From a virus (Duplodnaviria > Caudoviricetes): DNA of 31,968 bases. The notes beneath the pieces were generated by a model. The model saw only the letters and a program-made list of their open reading frames with translations, was not told the origin of the DNA and searched no databases. Below are positions 31,948-31,968 of the stretch, piece after piece (positions within the stretch are counted from its first letter, which is position 1; the number at the start of each line of letters is the position of its first letter). The stretch covers positions 1 to 31,968 of the IMG/VR virus record IMGVR_UViG_3300001866_000029; one strand, given 5' to 3'. Both the position numbers and the translations under genes were made by a program.

Positions 31948-31968
31948 TATAGGACGCTTATCTAAGGG
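31948..31968. other. Probable cos site / genome terminus (continues into positions 1-7 on circularisation)
   Basis: Joining the ends gives TATAGGAC-GCTTATCTAAGGG-GTCTATA, an imperfect dyad around a 13-nt core that ends exactly at the window end. It lies between the HNH gene and the terminase small subunit, the usual cos position in HK97-like phages. Confidence 0.65.

Noticed and set aside
1-31968. Alternative genetic code (stop-codon reassignment)
   Set aside because: Long conserved genes are intact under the standard code, and TAG, TGA and TAA all end genes at tight junctions; only one in-frame TAG was noticed.

Overview
The window looks like a complete or nearly complete ~32 kb HK97-type siphovirus genome, linearised at its probable cos site, with every credible gene on the minus strand. 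Right to left: terminase small and large subunits, portal, ClpP protease-major capsid fusion (with an internal in-frame start), head-tail genes, tail tube, -1 frameshifted tail chaperone, tape measure, two large tail or receptor-binding proteins and a lysis cassette. The early and middle region carries an SF2 helicase-DNA methyltransferase fusion, a DUF1064-like nuclease, an atypical tRNA, Gp157/RecT/NinB/NinG-like recombination genes, SSB, a replication initiator with internal iterons, a DnaC-like loader and a packaging-type HNH. I found no integrase or CI-like repressor. The most unusual part is the lysis cassette: a small Cys-His-Asp (DUF261-like) protein instead of a canonical endolysin, and two fully overlapping coiled-coil membrane proteins whose start codons are 2 nt apart (candidate new spanin architecture). 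Also notable are a non-canonical tRNA(UGA), two three-way-junction RNAs, repeated regulatory motifs and several micro-ORFs missed by the ORF track. A spirochaete host is an inference only. All family assignments come from motif recognition by eye; no database searches were run.
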